A stretch of DNA of 64,000 bases, from the NCBI RefSeq assembly GCF_963921235.1, contig NC_086108.1:80788001-80852000 (forward strand), read 5' to 3'. Source of the DNA: Mobula hypostoma. Its lineage: Eukaryota. Made by a program: the position numbers and the translations under genes. Below the pieces are notes generated by a model. It did no database searches, was not told where the DNA came from, and was given only the letters and a program-made list of their open reading frames with translations. Shown here in pieces: positions 11,790 through 36,854 of this stretch; positions within the stretch are counted from its first letter, which is position 1, and every line of letters starts with the position of its first letter.

Positions 11790-12655
11790 GTTTGGATAAG
11801 CACATAACAAATAAACCAGTAAAGTTTGCGGATGACAAAATTAGGGGGATGTTCTGATAACAGCAGAATCAATACAGTTAGATCTAACCAAAACCCAGGT
11901 GTGGGCAGATGGCACTCAGTGTAAGCAAATGTGAAGTATTACATATAGGAAGTAGAAATATTAGATATAAATATAGAATGGGGGTGTCTGAGTTAGAAAG
12001 TGCACTGTGTGAGAAGGATTTGGGTGTCTTGGTAGATTCATCACTACCAACATCCGGACAATGCACGGAAGTGATTAGGAAGGCTAGTAAAATGTTGGGC
12101 TATATAATGTGTTCAGTGGACTTCAAGTCCAGAGGTGTTCTCTTTAAGTTGGATAATGCGCTTCTGAGGCCTCACCTTGAGTACTCTGTACAATTTCGGT
12201 CTCCATATTTTGTGAGGGATGTGGAAGGACTGGAGAGAGTTCAGAGAAGGTTGATGAGACTCATTCTCATCGGAAGGTTGACAAGAGCTATGAAGGAAGA
12301 TTGAAAGAGTTAATATCTTTTTAGCCTTAGATGTAGAATGAGAGGAGACATGATAGAAATGTTCATAATCCGTAAGGATATAAGTAAGGTGGATGCCAGC
12401 TGCTACATCAAAATTAATCCATCAATGAGGACACAGGGCCTTAGGTGGAGACTGGTTAAAGGGAGATTAGGAGGTATTTCTTTACAGTGAGTTGTACACA
12501 CAAGGAACAAACTTCCTAGTTGTGTATTTGAGGGTAGTACCTTAGAGACTTTCAAATCTAAACTCAATAGTTATTTTAACACAATGTGAATAGGATTTGG
12601 CAAGCTTTGTTGGGTCAAATGGCCTGTTCTTGTCAAAAATGTTTAGCGTTCTAAT
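11790..12655 (+). mobile_element. Degraded CR1 LINE 3' fragment
   Basis: KFADD, KCEVLH, EKDLGVLVD, RPHLEY motifs with frameshifts. Confidence 0.85.
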
Positions 12656-13024
12656 TTTCCTGTAAATGCCTGCAAATGAATCTCCAAGTAGTTCTGTTTA
12701 TGGTGACGTACAAATTCACAGTTTGATAGCTAATATACTTTGACTTGACTTTGGTCAAGAAATGCAAAATGCCCCTATAGAAAGCCTTCACTTATTTCAA
12801 ATACTTGGGTTTTACTACAAAAAAAGAGCAACTTTTTTATTGGCAATATCTTCCTTGGGGCATTCAATGTAATAATAACACAAAAGTAAATTATTCAGAT
12901 CAAATTAGAGAATTGGAAAATACAGATAACACATGGCCTTTGATAGTAAATATAACACAAAATAAACTCAAGTGTCTGGTATGTGACCTAACCAGCCACC
13001 TGAATAGGCCACATTTGGAGTCGT

Positions 13025-13913
13025 GTCATAGTCATAGTCATACTTTATTGATCCCGAGGGAAATTGATTTTCGTTGCTGTTGCCCCAATCAAGAATAGAG
13101 TATAAATATAGCAATATAAAACCATAAATAAGTAAATAGTAATAAGTAAATTATGCCAGGAAATAAGTCCAGGACCAGCCTATTGGCTCAGAGTGTCTGA
13201 CCCTCCAAGGGAGGAGTTGTAAAGTTTGATGGCCGCAGGCAGGAATGACTTCCTATGACGCTCAGTGCTGCATCTCGGAGGAATGAGTCTCTGGCTGAAT
13301 GTACTCCTGTGCCCAACCAGTACATTATGTAGTGGATGGGAGACATTGTCCAAGATGGCATGCAACTTGGACAGCATCCTCTTTTCAGACACCACTTGAG
13401 AGAGTCCAGTTCCATCCCCATAACATCACTGGCCTTACGAATGAGTTTGTTGATTCTGTTGGTGTCTGCTACCCTCAGCCTGCTGCCCCAGCACACAACA
13501 GCAAACATGATAGCACTGGCCAACACAGATTCATAGAACATCCTCAGCATCGTCCGACAGATGTTAAAGGACCTCAGTCTCCTCAGGAAATAGAGACGGC
13601 TCTGACCCTTCTTGTAGCAGCCTCAGTGTTCTTAGACTAGTCCAGCTTATTGTCAATTCATATCCTCAGGTATTTGTAATCCTCCACCATGTCCACACTG
13701 ACCCCCTGGATGGAAACAGGGGTCACTGGTGCCTTAGCCCTCCTCAGGTCTACCACTAGCTCCTTAGTTGTTTTCACATTAAGCTGCAGATAATTCTGCT
13801 CACACCATGTGACAAAGTTTCCTACTGTAGCCCTGTACTCAGCCTCAACTCCCTTGCTGATGCATCCAACTATGGCAGAGTCATCAGAAAACTTCTGAAG
13901 ATGGCAAGACTCT
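13025..13913 (-). mobile_element. Rex1/Babar LINE 3' fragment
   Basis: LQKFSDDSAIVG, TKELVVDLRR, FYESVLASAIMFAVVCWG; tail tcaataaagt(atgact)n. Confidence 0.85.
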
Positions 13914-14715
13914 GTCCCACTATAGGATGTCTTCTCTTTGAACATTGCAGAGGAGGTTCACCAGGCTTTTGCCAGCATTGGAGGTTTTTTTTAGTTATAG
14001 CAAAAAGTTGGCTCGGCTGGGCTTGTTTTCCCAGGGCAAAGTGTAAACTGGTAGAAGTATCTAAATCATTAGCCACATAGGACTAGATGCCAATATCCTT
14101 GTACCATAGTACAGCCATAGCTTAGATTGAGAGGTGTTTAAAAAGAACAACTTGAGAGATTTAATTAAATGTGCAAAAGAAATAAGTTATAATTACTGCA
14201 CTGAAGCATTTAGACAGACTTGAATAGGCAGAGAAGGATACATTCTACATGATAGCACATGGGATTAGTGTAAATTAGCATGGACAAGGCTGAAGGACCA
14301 AATTCTGTTCTATTATAACTACTGACTAAAAACCAAAATTAATTAAACTTTGATGTTTATTGCATTCTGGTTTTGACATCCTCAGCAAGCCAAACATTCC
14401 AACTTGCCCTCAAGATGGAAGTAGAACTGCTGAATGATCTTTAAATTGGCAAATGGATGCTTTCTCCAAATTCGTGTCACTTTAAGACCAGGTCTCAAAA
14501 GTTAATGGAGTAAATCTTGTTGTTTCTACAATGCAGCAAAGGTGAGAAAGAGAAAGTCAGGGTGGATGATCAAGGTTTCCTGGATGCTGAACTTCATGCA
14601 GACAGCTAAATAGAATGCAATAGGAAGCTAACATGCTACTTGCAGACAGAAAAGTTTTAGATGAGGGGAATCTCGCAGCGGAATGGCTAGCTCCTGGTTG
14701 TTAGTTATGATATTA

Positions 14716-15305
14716 ATAGACAATAGACAATAGGTGCAGAAGTAGACAGTTCGGCCCTTCGAGCCTGCACCGCCATTCTGAGATCATGGCTGATCATCTA
14801 CTATCAATACCCGGTTCCTGCCTTGTCCCCATACCCCTTGATTCCCCTATCCATAAGATACCTATCTAGCTCCTTCTTAAAAGCATCCAGAGAATTGGCC
14901 TCCACTGCCTTCTGAGGCAGCATGTTCCACATCTCCACAACTCTCTGGGAGAAGCAGTTCCTCCTCAACTCTGTCCTAAATGACCTACCCCTTCTTCTTA
15001 AGCTATGCCCTCTGGTACTGGACTCTCCCAGCATCTGGAACATATTTTCTGCCTGTCTTGTCCAATCCCTTAATAATCTTATATGTCTCAATCAGATCCC
15101 CCCTCAATCTCCTTAATTCCAGCGTGTACAAGCCCTGTCTCTCTAACCTCTCTGTGTAAGACAGTCCGGACATCCCAGGAATTAACCTAGTGAACCTACG
15201 CTGCACCTCCTCTACAGCCAGGATGTCCTTCCTTAACCCTGGAGACCAAAACTGCACACAATACTCCAGGTGTGGTCTCACCAGGGCCCTGTACAAATGC
15301 AAAAG
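14716..15305 (-). mobile_element. CR1 LINE 3' fragment (relatively young)
   Basis: LYRALVRPHLEYCVQFWSP...RRLRGDLIETYKI; tail (attgtct)n. Confidence 0.9.
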
Positions 15306-16049
15306 GGGACTGGATCAGTTAAATATTATTCAAAACCTCAGACCAGTTGGGTCAAGGTGAAGGAAGTGAATGAAGGAGTTGAACTGTTACTTTGAGCTGG
15401 CCCAAGTGGAATGAACGTTTGCCCTTCAATTGAAATCAGCCCCAAGTTGTCCAGATGCACCAAGACTGAGACGCGTGTAGAAGGGTGAAAAATGAATCTC
15501 TACATAGGAAAGTAAACAGCTCCCAACTTGTGCTAGAGGTTATCTGGTGGAAGGGGTGAAGCAGAGGACATATCCAAAGATCTTAAAACCCTTCATGATG
15601 CTCAACTCACCCAACCATTTACCTGTGTACTGCCAAATGATGAGGAAACATCAGCCTTGCCCCCTTCCCCAGTCATGTAGGGGATGTCCAACCACCTTAA
15701 CCATATAATGCTAAGTGACATTGAAAAGGCTGGAAACAACTGGACAGGCAGATACAAAATGAAACACAAGCTTGGGCATGGGATCTTGTACAGGAGCTTT
15801 TATTTTTAATGCAACTATTTGACATTTAGCTTGAGTATCTTTCTGCATGTACTGGGGGAGTGTGGCAGCAGATGTGGCCTGGGTGGTGTACCAGTCTTAT
15901 TCTTGAATTTTAGACACTATACAATTGACTACAAAGCAGCCATGCATTCACTGTCAAGCACAGCTTCCTATCTGTTCTCTTCCACTCCACGCGCCCCCCC
16001 CCCCACTCCCCAACAAGCCACAGGAAAAAACCAGTGATTTAAATGAAAC

Positions 16050-16055
16050 TTTATT
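16050..16055 (-). terminator. Probable PLK3 polyadenylation signal AATAAA
   Basis: Plus-strand tttatt. On the minus strand it is preceded by AU-rich elements and followed by a T/G-rich tract. Implies a ~1.8 kb 3'UTR. Alternative signal at 15799-15804. Confidence 0.65.
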
Positions 16056-16120
16056 TTGATAAAAATATTGTACAATTCCTTTCAGAATTTCAATTGCATC
16101 GTTATCCTTAAAAATTACAA

Positions 16121-16186
16121 TGAAATAAATAATAAATACAAAAATAAATTAGGCTGACAGAATACTTGCAACAAACATAAATAAGA
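16121..16186 (-). promoter_or_regulatory. AU-rich elements (AREs) in PLK3 3'UTR
   Basis: Minus strand reads cUUAUUUAUg ... aAUUUAuuuuugUAUUUAUUAUUUAUUuc and includes a UUAUUUAUU nonamer. Confidence 0.7.
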
Positions 16187-16829
16187 CCTAATTAAATATT
16201 AGGGAATCCAGCCATCACACCCAGAGGTAATTAGAAATCTCAACTTTCGATTGAACAATTTGTAGCAGTTGAAATGCAACTTCTCTCCCCCTCTTTGATC
16301 ACCATTTCCCTATGCCAAAACATTTATACTAAAGTTTGAGATCCAACTATCAAAACTTCACCTTTGCATTTTGAAAAACATTCTGCCTTTGAATGTTGTC
16401 TTCATCTGCAGTCTTATATCGCCTAAACATCCATGTCTCCTATCCCCAAATCTGGACCTCAAATATGAGGATACAAATTTAGTGCTCGTAACTGAATGCT
16501 GTCAACAAATGCACTTAGATATGGCCTTGATCACCTCTGAATCTGATGTGCGAAAATGGGAAGCTGTCTTGGAACGTCAGTGGATGGAATTTTGTCTCAT
16601 AATTTAAACATTTAGTATTGCATCTTAAATAGTAAACTGCAAATACTCCACTTTAGTGCTTCCATGAATAGACAGGGATCACTATTGGAAAATCTGGTTT
16701 CCAATCCATCCATCAAGCAGTGGAAAGAGATGCTCCACCTCACAGCAACTGCCAGAGGTTACTGCAACTGTAACATGTCATGATTTTGATCAAGATAAAC
16801 CAAAACCAAGTATCAATGATTTTTAAACA

Positions 16830-17050
16830 TGAGATTCTACAGATGCTCAAAATCTAGAGCACCATAGCCAAAATGCTGGAGAATTCAACAGGTTGGGTAG
16901 CATTATGGAAATGAATAAACAGTCTTTGTTTCAGGCCGAGACCTTTCATCAACCATGAAGAGTCTCAGCCCAAAATATCTACTGTTTATTTATTCCAATA
17001 GATGCTGCCTGACCTGCCAAGTTCCTCCAGCATTTTGGGTGCTTTGCTCT
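16830..17050. mobile_element. Inverted pair of Penelope termini (fold-back) inside PLK3 3'UTR
   Basis: ccaaaatgctggag 16868-16881 pairs with 17025-17038; aataaacagt 16914-16923 pairs with 16981-16990. Confidence 0.75.
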
Positions 17051-17838
17051 GTATCAATGATTTTTACCTGGATCCCTGTGAGATGTACAGGAAAGTTAAG
17101 TTCATGTTCATTTGTAACACAAAGTCAGAATTCTAAGCAGCTGGGTATTCAGCTCATTTGAGCATTCAAGTTTACCAAAATCCATATTTATGACCAGTAG
17201 ATTGTAAAAGCAAAATATTCACCAAGTCTTCATTCACAAGCAGTTTCAAAGTTTACATATAGCTTTTCAAACTTTAAGTTATAGGGCAAGACTTGGAAAT
17301 ATTTCAACTATCACATTGGACCATTTTTTGCTCAAGTAAAAGCAGTCGTTCTCAGGAAGGATGTAGTAAAATTTGAACATGTACATTTGCTCATGACAAA
17401 CTCAAACCCAAAAGTTTAGAAGGTTGCCTAATGACATGTCAAGTTAACCACTTATCAGGACCAATTTAGTATAGAGGCCCAATTTTGTCAGATTTAGGTA
17501 GCAGTAAGTCATCCCCATTACTACCAACTAATGTCAAGAACAATTATTCTGGAAGTCCTCAAATACTAAAGGAGTCAGAAACAATTTTGATAACTCATGT
17601 TCACATCTGTTTTGATTAGTGATATATAAAAAAAATGCAAACTAAAATGACTAAGAGCTAGATTTTAAATTTTATCTACAATATTCCCTATCTCCCAATA
17701 CAGCAGCAAATTTTAGCCAGACACTGGCCAGTTTGATACTGATACTCAAATACCTCAGTATCTTGCACCCCTTTAAAAACTCCATAGTAGAAGCTGTTAA
17801 ATACTGTGTGGACCTCTCCCGAAGGTTTCATTTCACAT

Positions 17839-31341
<13,503 letters not shown>

Positions 31342-31418
31342 CCCTCAGATTTCTATATAACACAATTAATCCGCAAAGCTCCACAATACCACCACACGCT
31401 CCCTAAAATCCGACTAAA

Positions 31419-31626
31419 CACGTGGCTGGGGAATCCCTCCCGCATTTTTATACGACTCGGCTTCTCTAGCTACGTCATAGAGGCGGAATACCAGTTGGTG
31501 GGCGTGGTTATGACGTCTCACGAAAGTTTCATTGGTGAATCTTCATCCGTACCCTATAATTGGCTGATGGGTACAAGGAGCTGGAATGTGGGCGCGTCTA
31601 TGCACCATCTCCTGGATTACTATTGG
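31419..31626 (-). promoter_or_regulatory. PLK3 proximal promoter
   Basis: TATAAAAA 31452-31445; GGGGAATCCC kappaB site 31428-31437; CACGTG 31419-31424; CRE-like TGACGTA 31477-31471 and TGACGTCT 31511-31518; GC/KLF box GTGGGCGTGG 31498-31507; CCAAT boxes at 31535-31531, 31563-31559 and 31626-31622; locally CpG-rich. Confidence 0.8.
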
Positions 31627-31987
31627 TGATGGAAAGTCTCTAAACAAACATCCGTCTCTACTGAAATGGAAGAAATCGAACTTTCCTTTCATACAATTTT
31701 GTTCAGGTTATGAAAAGTGGGTTTTTTTACTTCGTAAATATTAATCCCCCACCTCCAGAAATTAGTCTTGCACATCAGCAATATTATAAAAAATGTGAAT
31801 ACGCAAAGTTTATTTTCTCAAATGTTGCTCATCGCCCAGAAAAATCGGTGATTTTTGACAGCTCAGAAAATCTGATCTCTGCGACTTTAAACCATAGCGG
31901 AACAAAGTCAGTCAAGAGCTCCAACCACACGAAAAGTAGCAACGAGTAACTCCAAGCAACCAAAAGAGAAAAGAAACAAATTGGAGG

Positions 31988-32108
31988 CACAAGAGATTCT
32001 GCAGATGCTGGAAATCTTGAGCCACGCACTCAAAATGCTGGAGGAACTCAGCGTCTATGGAGGGAAATGAACAGTCGACGTTTCGGGCGAGATCCCTCAT
32101 CATGACCA
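31988..32108 (-). mobile_element. Penelope-terminus fragment upstream of PLK3
   Basis: Homologous to 8339-8470; hammerhead core with C3->A. Confidence 0.75.
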
Positions 32109-33679
32109 AAGTTAACTGAACAGAGATGTAAAATATTATAGTCTATTGAATGATCTCTCCCATTTGTATATAACGCTTTCACCCATTTATGTCATCGGCT
32201 TTTTTTGCGAAATGGTTATGTGGCTTTTCTGCACAGTAACGATATTAAAGTAACGTTAGCAACAAGACAAAGAGCTTTTCCTTTGTGTGACAGTTGACCC
32301 CTTCACATGTCCATGCTATCTTCCACAGTTTTGTTACAGCCTCCTTTTTCCCTCTCCTGAGAAACTCGTGTTTAACTTTGTTTCAGTCTGGGATGTAGAT
32401 GGCGAGGTTAATATGTCCTGCCTGTTCCTAATTGTCATTCAGTTAAATGGTTTGCTCGGTCTTTTCAGTGACCTATGGTTGCTTCACTATGGTGGAATGT
32501 TTCTTAGAGATACATTCGGGATTATCTCATAAAACGAGTCTACCATTCAAACCAATAATCACACAATTTAAGTAATGCATTTGGTAATCTTGCCCAGTCT
32601 TCTCACATACATTCACTATTTCCGGAACACAGAAAAGATTAGTATTAGTTTTTTAGTGCTGGAGAGCCCTCTACTGGTTGTCATTTTTCTCCCTCGGGAA
32701 TCCGAATCCTGGTGTTTGGCATTTTTTGTTTGCCTGTATATAATAAAACAAAAAAAAATCGTGGTCAAATAATGACAATACAGTCGTCACTTACTGAATT
32801 AATGGATCACTGCTCCTGTGATTTCCAAGTGGAAATAAGTTGTAGAAACTTGTAATATCAGTCAGGTCCAGCATGGTACCAGACCCCGTAGTATCCAAGA
32901 CATCTTTAAGGAGCGGTGCCTTAAGAAGACGGTGTCCATCATTAAGGACCCCATCACCCAGGGCATGGCCCCTTCTCATTGTTACCGTCGGGATGGAGGT
33001 ACAGCACCCCGAAGGCACACACTCAGCGACTCAGAAACAGCTTCTTCCCCTCTGCCATCCGATTTCCAAATTCAAAGGTCACTGCATGGATCTATCTTCT
33101 AATAATGAAGCCAACTTGAGTGGGATACAGTTCCTTGTTACAGTGCTGATCAGAATTCTTAAATGACACACTGGCCAATTTTTAGCATTTGATGAAAATG
33201 ATTAAGAAACTTACTGCATGAACTGACCTGTTGTGGTTTTGCTGGTATCAGACAAAGCAGCAGAAAGAGTGTTGTACTTGTTTTCAGTGTCCACCCAGCA
33301 ATTTGGTGAAAATTGGCTATCATTGCTTTTCATGATTAAAGTGAAATAAAATCTTTGTTTTCCAGAACAGGAGAGCTGGTGTTGTTTATAGAACAAGTGT
33401 TCCCAGTGAAACAGCACACAAAGTGACCCCACATCTAGGTCCTCAACAATTCACGACAATTGCAGCATCACGTGTTAAAGTGAAAAAGTCTTTCCCTTTT
33501 CTACAAATCACAAATGCCATTCTGGACTCCAGAACTGGGGCCCAAGCCATTTGTAAACCTCCAGCATGTTGTGAGTGTTGCCCAAGCCATTCATCTGGAT
33601 TGAGTGGGCTATGGGACTCTTTCAGTGCAAGGAAGATCCATAGAAAAAGTCACTGGACACAACCCTTTTTGAAGACTTT

Positions 33680-34000
33680 TTGATGTTTCCCATGGTGGGA
33701 GAATCTAGGACAAGAGGATACAGCCTCGGGATAGAGGGGCGCCCTTTCAAAACAGAGATGCGGAGAAATTTCTTTAGCCAAAGGGTGGTGAATTTGTGGA
33801 AACTGATGCCACATACAGCTGTGGAGGCCAGGTCACTGGGTGTATTGATAGGTTCTTGATTGGACATGGCATCAAAGGTTATGGGGAGAAGGCAAGGAAC
33901 TGGGGTTGAGGAGGAGAAGGAAAAAGGATCAGCCATGATTGAATGGTCGATAGGCCAGATGACCTAATTCTGCTCCTACGTTTATGGTCTTATGGTCTGA
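33680..34000 (+). mobile_element. CR1 3' fragment
   Basis: RNFFSQRVVNLW motif and CR1 3'UTR. Confidence 0.75.
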
Positions 34001-35862
34001 GACAATGGGTAATCTATACAGCCCCTGAATGATATGGTCTGCTGCTCTATACATGGAAGATCTTGTGCAATTGCATCCTGGATTTCCCTATTTGTAGACC
34101 CCCGTCAGTTCAGATGGTGACATCTCCTCCACAATCTCCATCATCAGAGATCCCCACCATCCAGGTCATGCTCTCTTCTCACTGCTGCCATCAGGTAGAA
34201 GGCACAGGAGCCTCAGGACTCACACCACCAGGTTCAAGAACAGTTACTACCCCTCAACCATCAGGCTGTTGAATAAAAAGGGATAACTACACTCACCTGT
34301 CCATCACTGAAGTATTCCAACAACTAATGATCTCTCTTTAAGGACTCTTTATCTCATTATCTCATATTCTTGCACGGTTTGTTGTCTTCTGCACTCTGGT
34401 TGATCTTTTATTGATCCTGTTTTAGTTACTAGTCTATAGATTTGCTGAGTATAACCACAAGAAAAGTAATCTCAGGGTGATGTATTGTGACATATATGTA
34501 CTTTGATAATAAAATTTACTTTGAACTTTGATGATAAATAGCTCAAAGAGTAACAATAGCCAGGAGTTGCCAACTTTGAAGCCCATCAGTTCATGTCTCT
34601 TACAGAAAGAACTTCATTTCTTCATTGCCTTGCATTGGTGCAACTGAACTAACAGCTAGGACATTCAATTGTGTCATCTGATATGAAGGAAGGAAAGAGT
34701 AACCAGAAGCTAGAATTTGGCTGAGGACACCTTAAGATTCTGATGGGATATTTTCCTGCTCACAATACAAAGCTGAACATAAGTGATGTTGACACGATCT
34801 ATATTGTTGCCTGCTATGGAATGATCTACTTGGATGCAAAATGTTCAGAGCAAGAGATTCCCAACCAACTAATTCCAGAGAAGCACAAAATTAAGGCTCA
34901 CACATGGCTTCTGATCAATGTCTTGCCTCCTTGGATGCGTGTAACAGGCCACATATGCTTTACAAAGAGGAGCAATATCAACTAATTCAATGACAACTAA
35001 AAGCAAGTAGAATTAATGAATCTGTTTATCTTCATACTGCCATTTCACCATAGGATCATAAAGGACAGAGGAAGCTATTGAGCCCATTGAAGAAGCTAGC
35101 CAATGCATTCTCCCCATCTGCTCCTGCCTTGAGTCTTTCTCCTTTTAGATCACGTATTCCAGAATCTAAAAAAAATCGCAAATCTGTGATATTTAGCCAT
35201 GCTCAAAATACCAAGTGCGTTTCTTACATACTAGGAAGAACCTCATTAGGTTATTCTTAGAACCCCATCAATGCAATAGTGGGGGGGGGGGGCACGGCAT
35301 AGGATTGAAATAAAGTGCAGAAATTTGTAAACTCAGTCAGCTCCATCATCAGCATTAGCCTCCCCAGCATCCAGGACATCTTCAAAGGTGGCATCCATCA
35401 TTAATGACCCCTATCAACCAGGACATGCCCTCTTCTCATCACTACCATCTGCGAACAGGTACAGGAGCCTGAAGGGACACACTCAACGATTCTGGAATGG
35501 CTTCTTCCCCTCTGCCATCCGAGTTCTGAATGGACACTGAACCCATGAACACTAACTCGTGACTGTTTCTCCTCTTTTTTCACTACTTATTTAATATAAC
35601 ATTATATACTTTTTACTGTAATTCACAGCTTTTATTATTATGTACTGCAATGTACTGTTGCCATATAAATACAAATTTCACAATATATGCCAGTGTTATA
35701 AACTTGATTCTGTATGTAAATCATACATGAAGACAAGTTTTGCAAATCCTTAAGGCAAAAAAAAAATCAAAAGGCAAGTTGAAGACTTAGTAGGGACAAT
35801 CTGTATAAATGGAAGAGATCGTTCAATTGAATATAACATATTTTCAAATCTCTTTATACATA

Positions 35863-36379
35863 CAGGTGTCCCCCGCTTTACGAACGTTCACTTTACGCCA
35901 CTTCACTTTTACGAAAGACCTACATTAGTAAATGTTTTCACTAACTGAAGGAGGATTTTCACTTTTACGAAAAAAGGCACAGTCTTGAAATTTGTGTTTA
36001 CCCCAAGAAAGACTACCATGACCGTGATGCCTTGTGCGGGCAGATGTGTGCGCATGTGTGTACATGCGGATTTTTTTCTACAAATCGGTTTTGGCTAAAA
36101 CTTCCTGATTCTGTTAAGTGAAACTACACGGTACATACATTATTTCTACTTTATATAGGTTGTGTATTTATCATATCATTCCTGCTTTTACTATATGTTA
36201 GTGTTATTTTAGGTTTTATGTGCTATTTGGTATGATTTGGTAGGTTATTTTTTGGGTCTGGGAACGCTCAAGAATTTTTCCCATATAAATTAATAGTAAT
36301 TGCTTCTTCGCTTTACGCCATTTCGGCTTACGAACCGTTTCACAGGAATGCTGTACCTTCGGATAGCAGGGGAAACCTG
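35863..36379. mobile_element. Tigger/pogo-like MITE
   Basis: TA flanks on both sides; imperfect TIRs CAGGTGTCCCCCGCTTTACGAA / CAGGTTTCCCCTGCTATCCGAA. Confidence 0.8.
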
Positions 36380-36854
36380 TATTGTCCTTTTACTTTTACA
36401 TCTCCACCCAATTAACTTTACATCTCCTGCTAGCCTGTTTGAGGTAACTTATTTTTTATTCCTTCTTACTTCTGTTCTATTATTTTTGATATTTGTATAT
36501 CTGTGCACTTGTAATGCTACTGTGACACTATGATTTCCTTTGGGATCAATAAAGTATCTATCTGTCCTTTTTTTGTTGTTTGGCGTTATGGGTTCCTGCC
36601 CTCTAGTGGTGAGTATGTTGTTCCAGTTACTGTTTTTTGACAATATGTAATTAAATGACATCTGCTGGTTGGAGGCCAAAAGAAGTCTCTAGATTTAATT
36701 AGTTTTCAAGCTACCAATAAATAATAAGAGGCAGAATGCTAAGCATAGAATTGTGGAAATCTGGGGAATTAGGTGCTCGGGCTTCTAAGGAAAGATATCA
36801 AATGTGGTTTGATGGTCCAACTTTTGTATCTAATAACTGAACACATGGCCCCAC

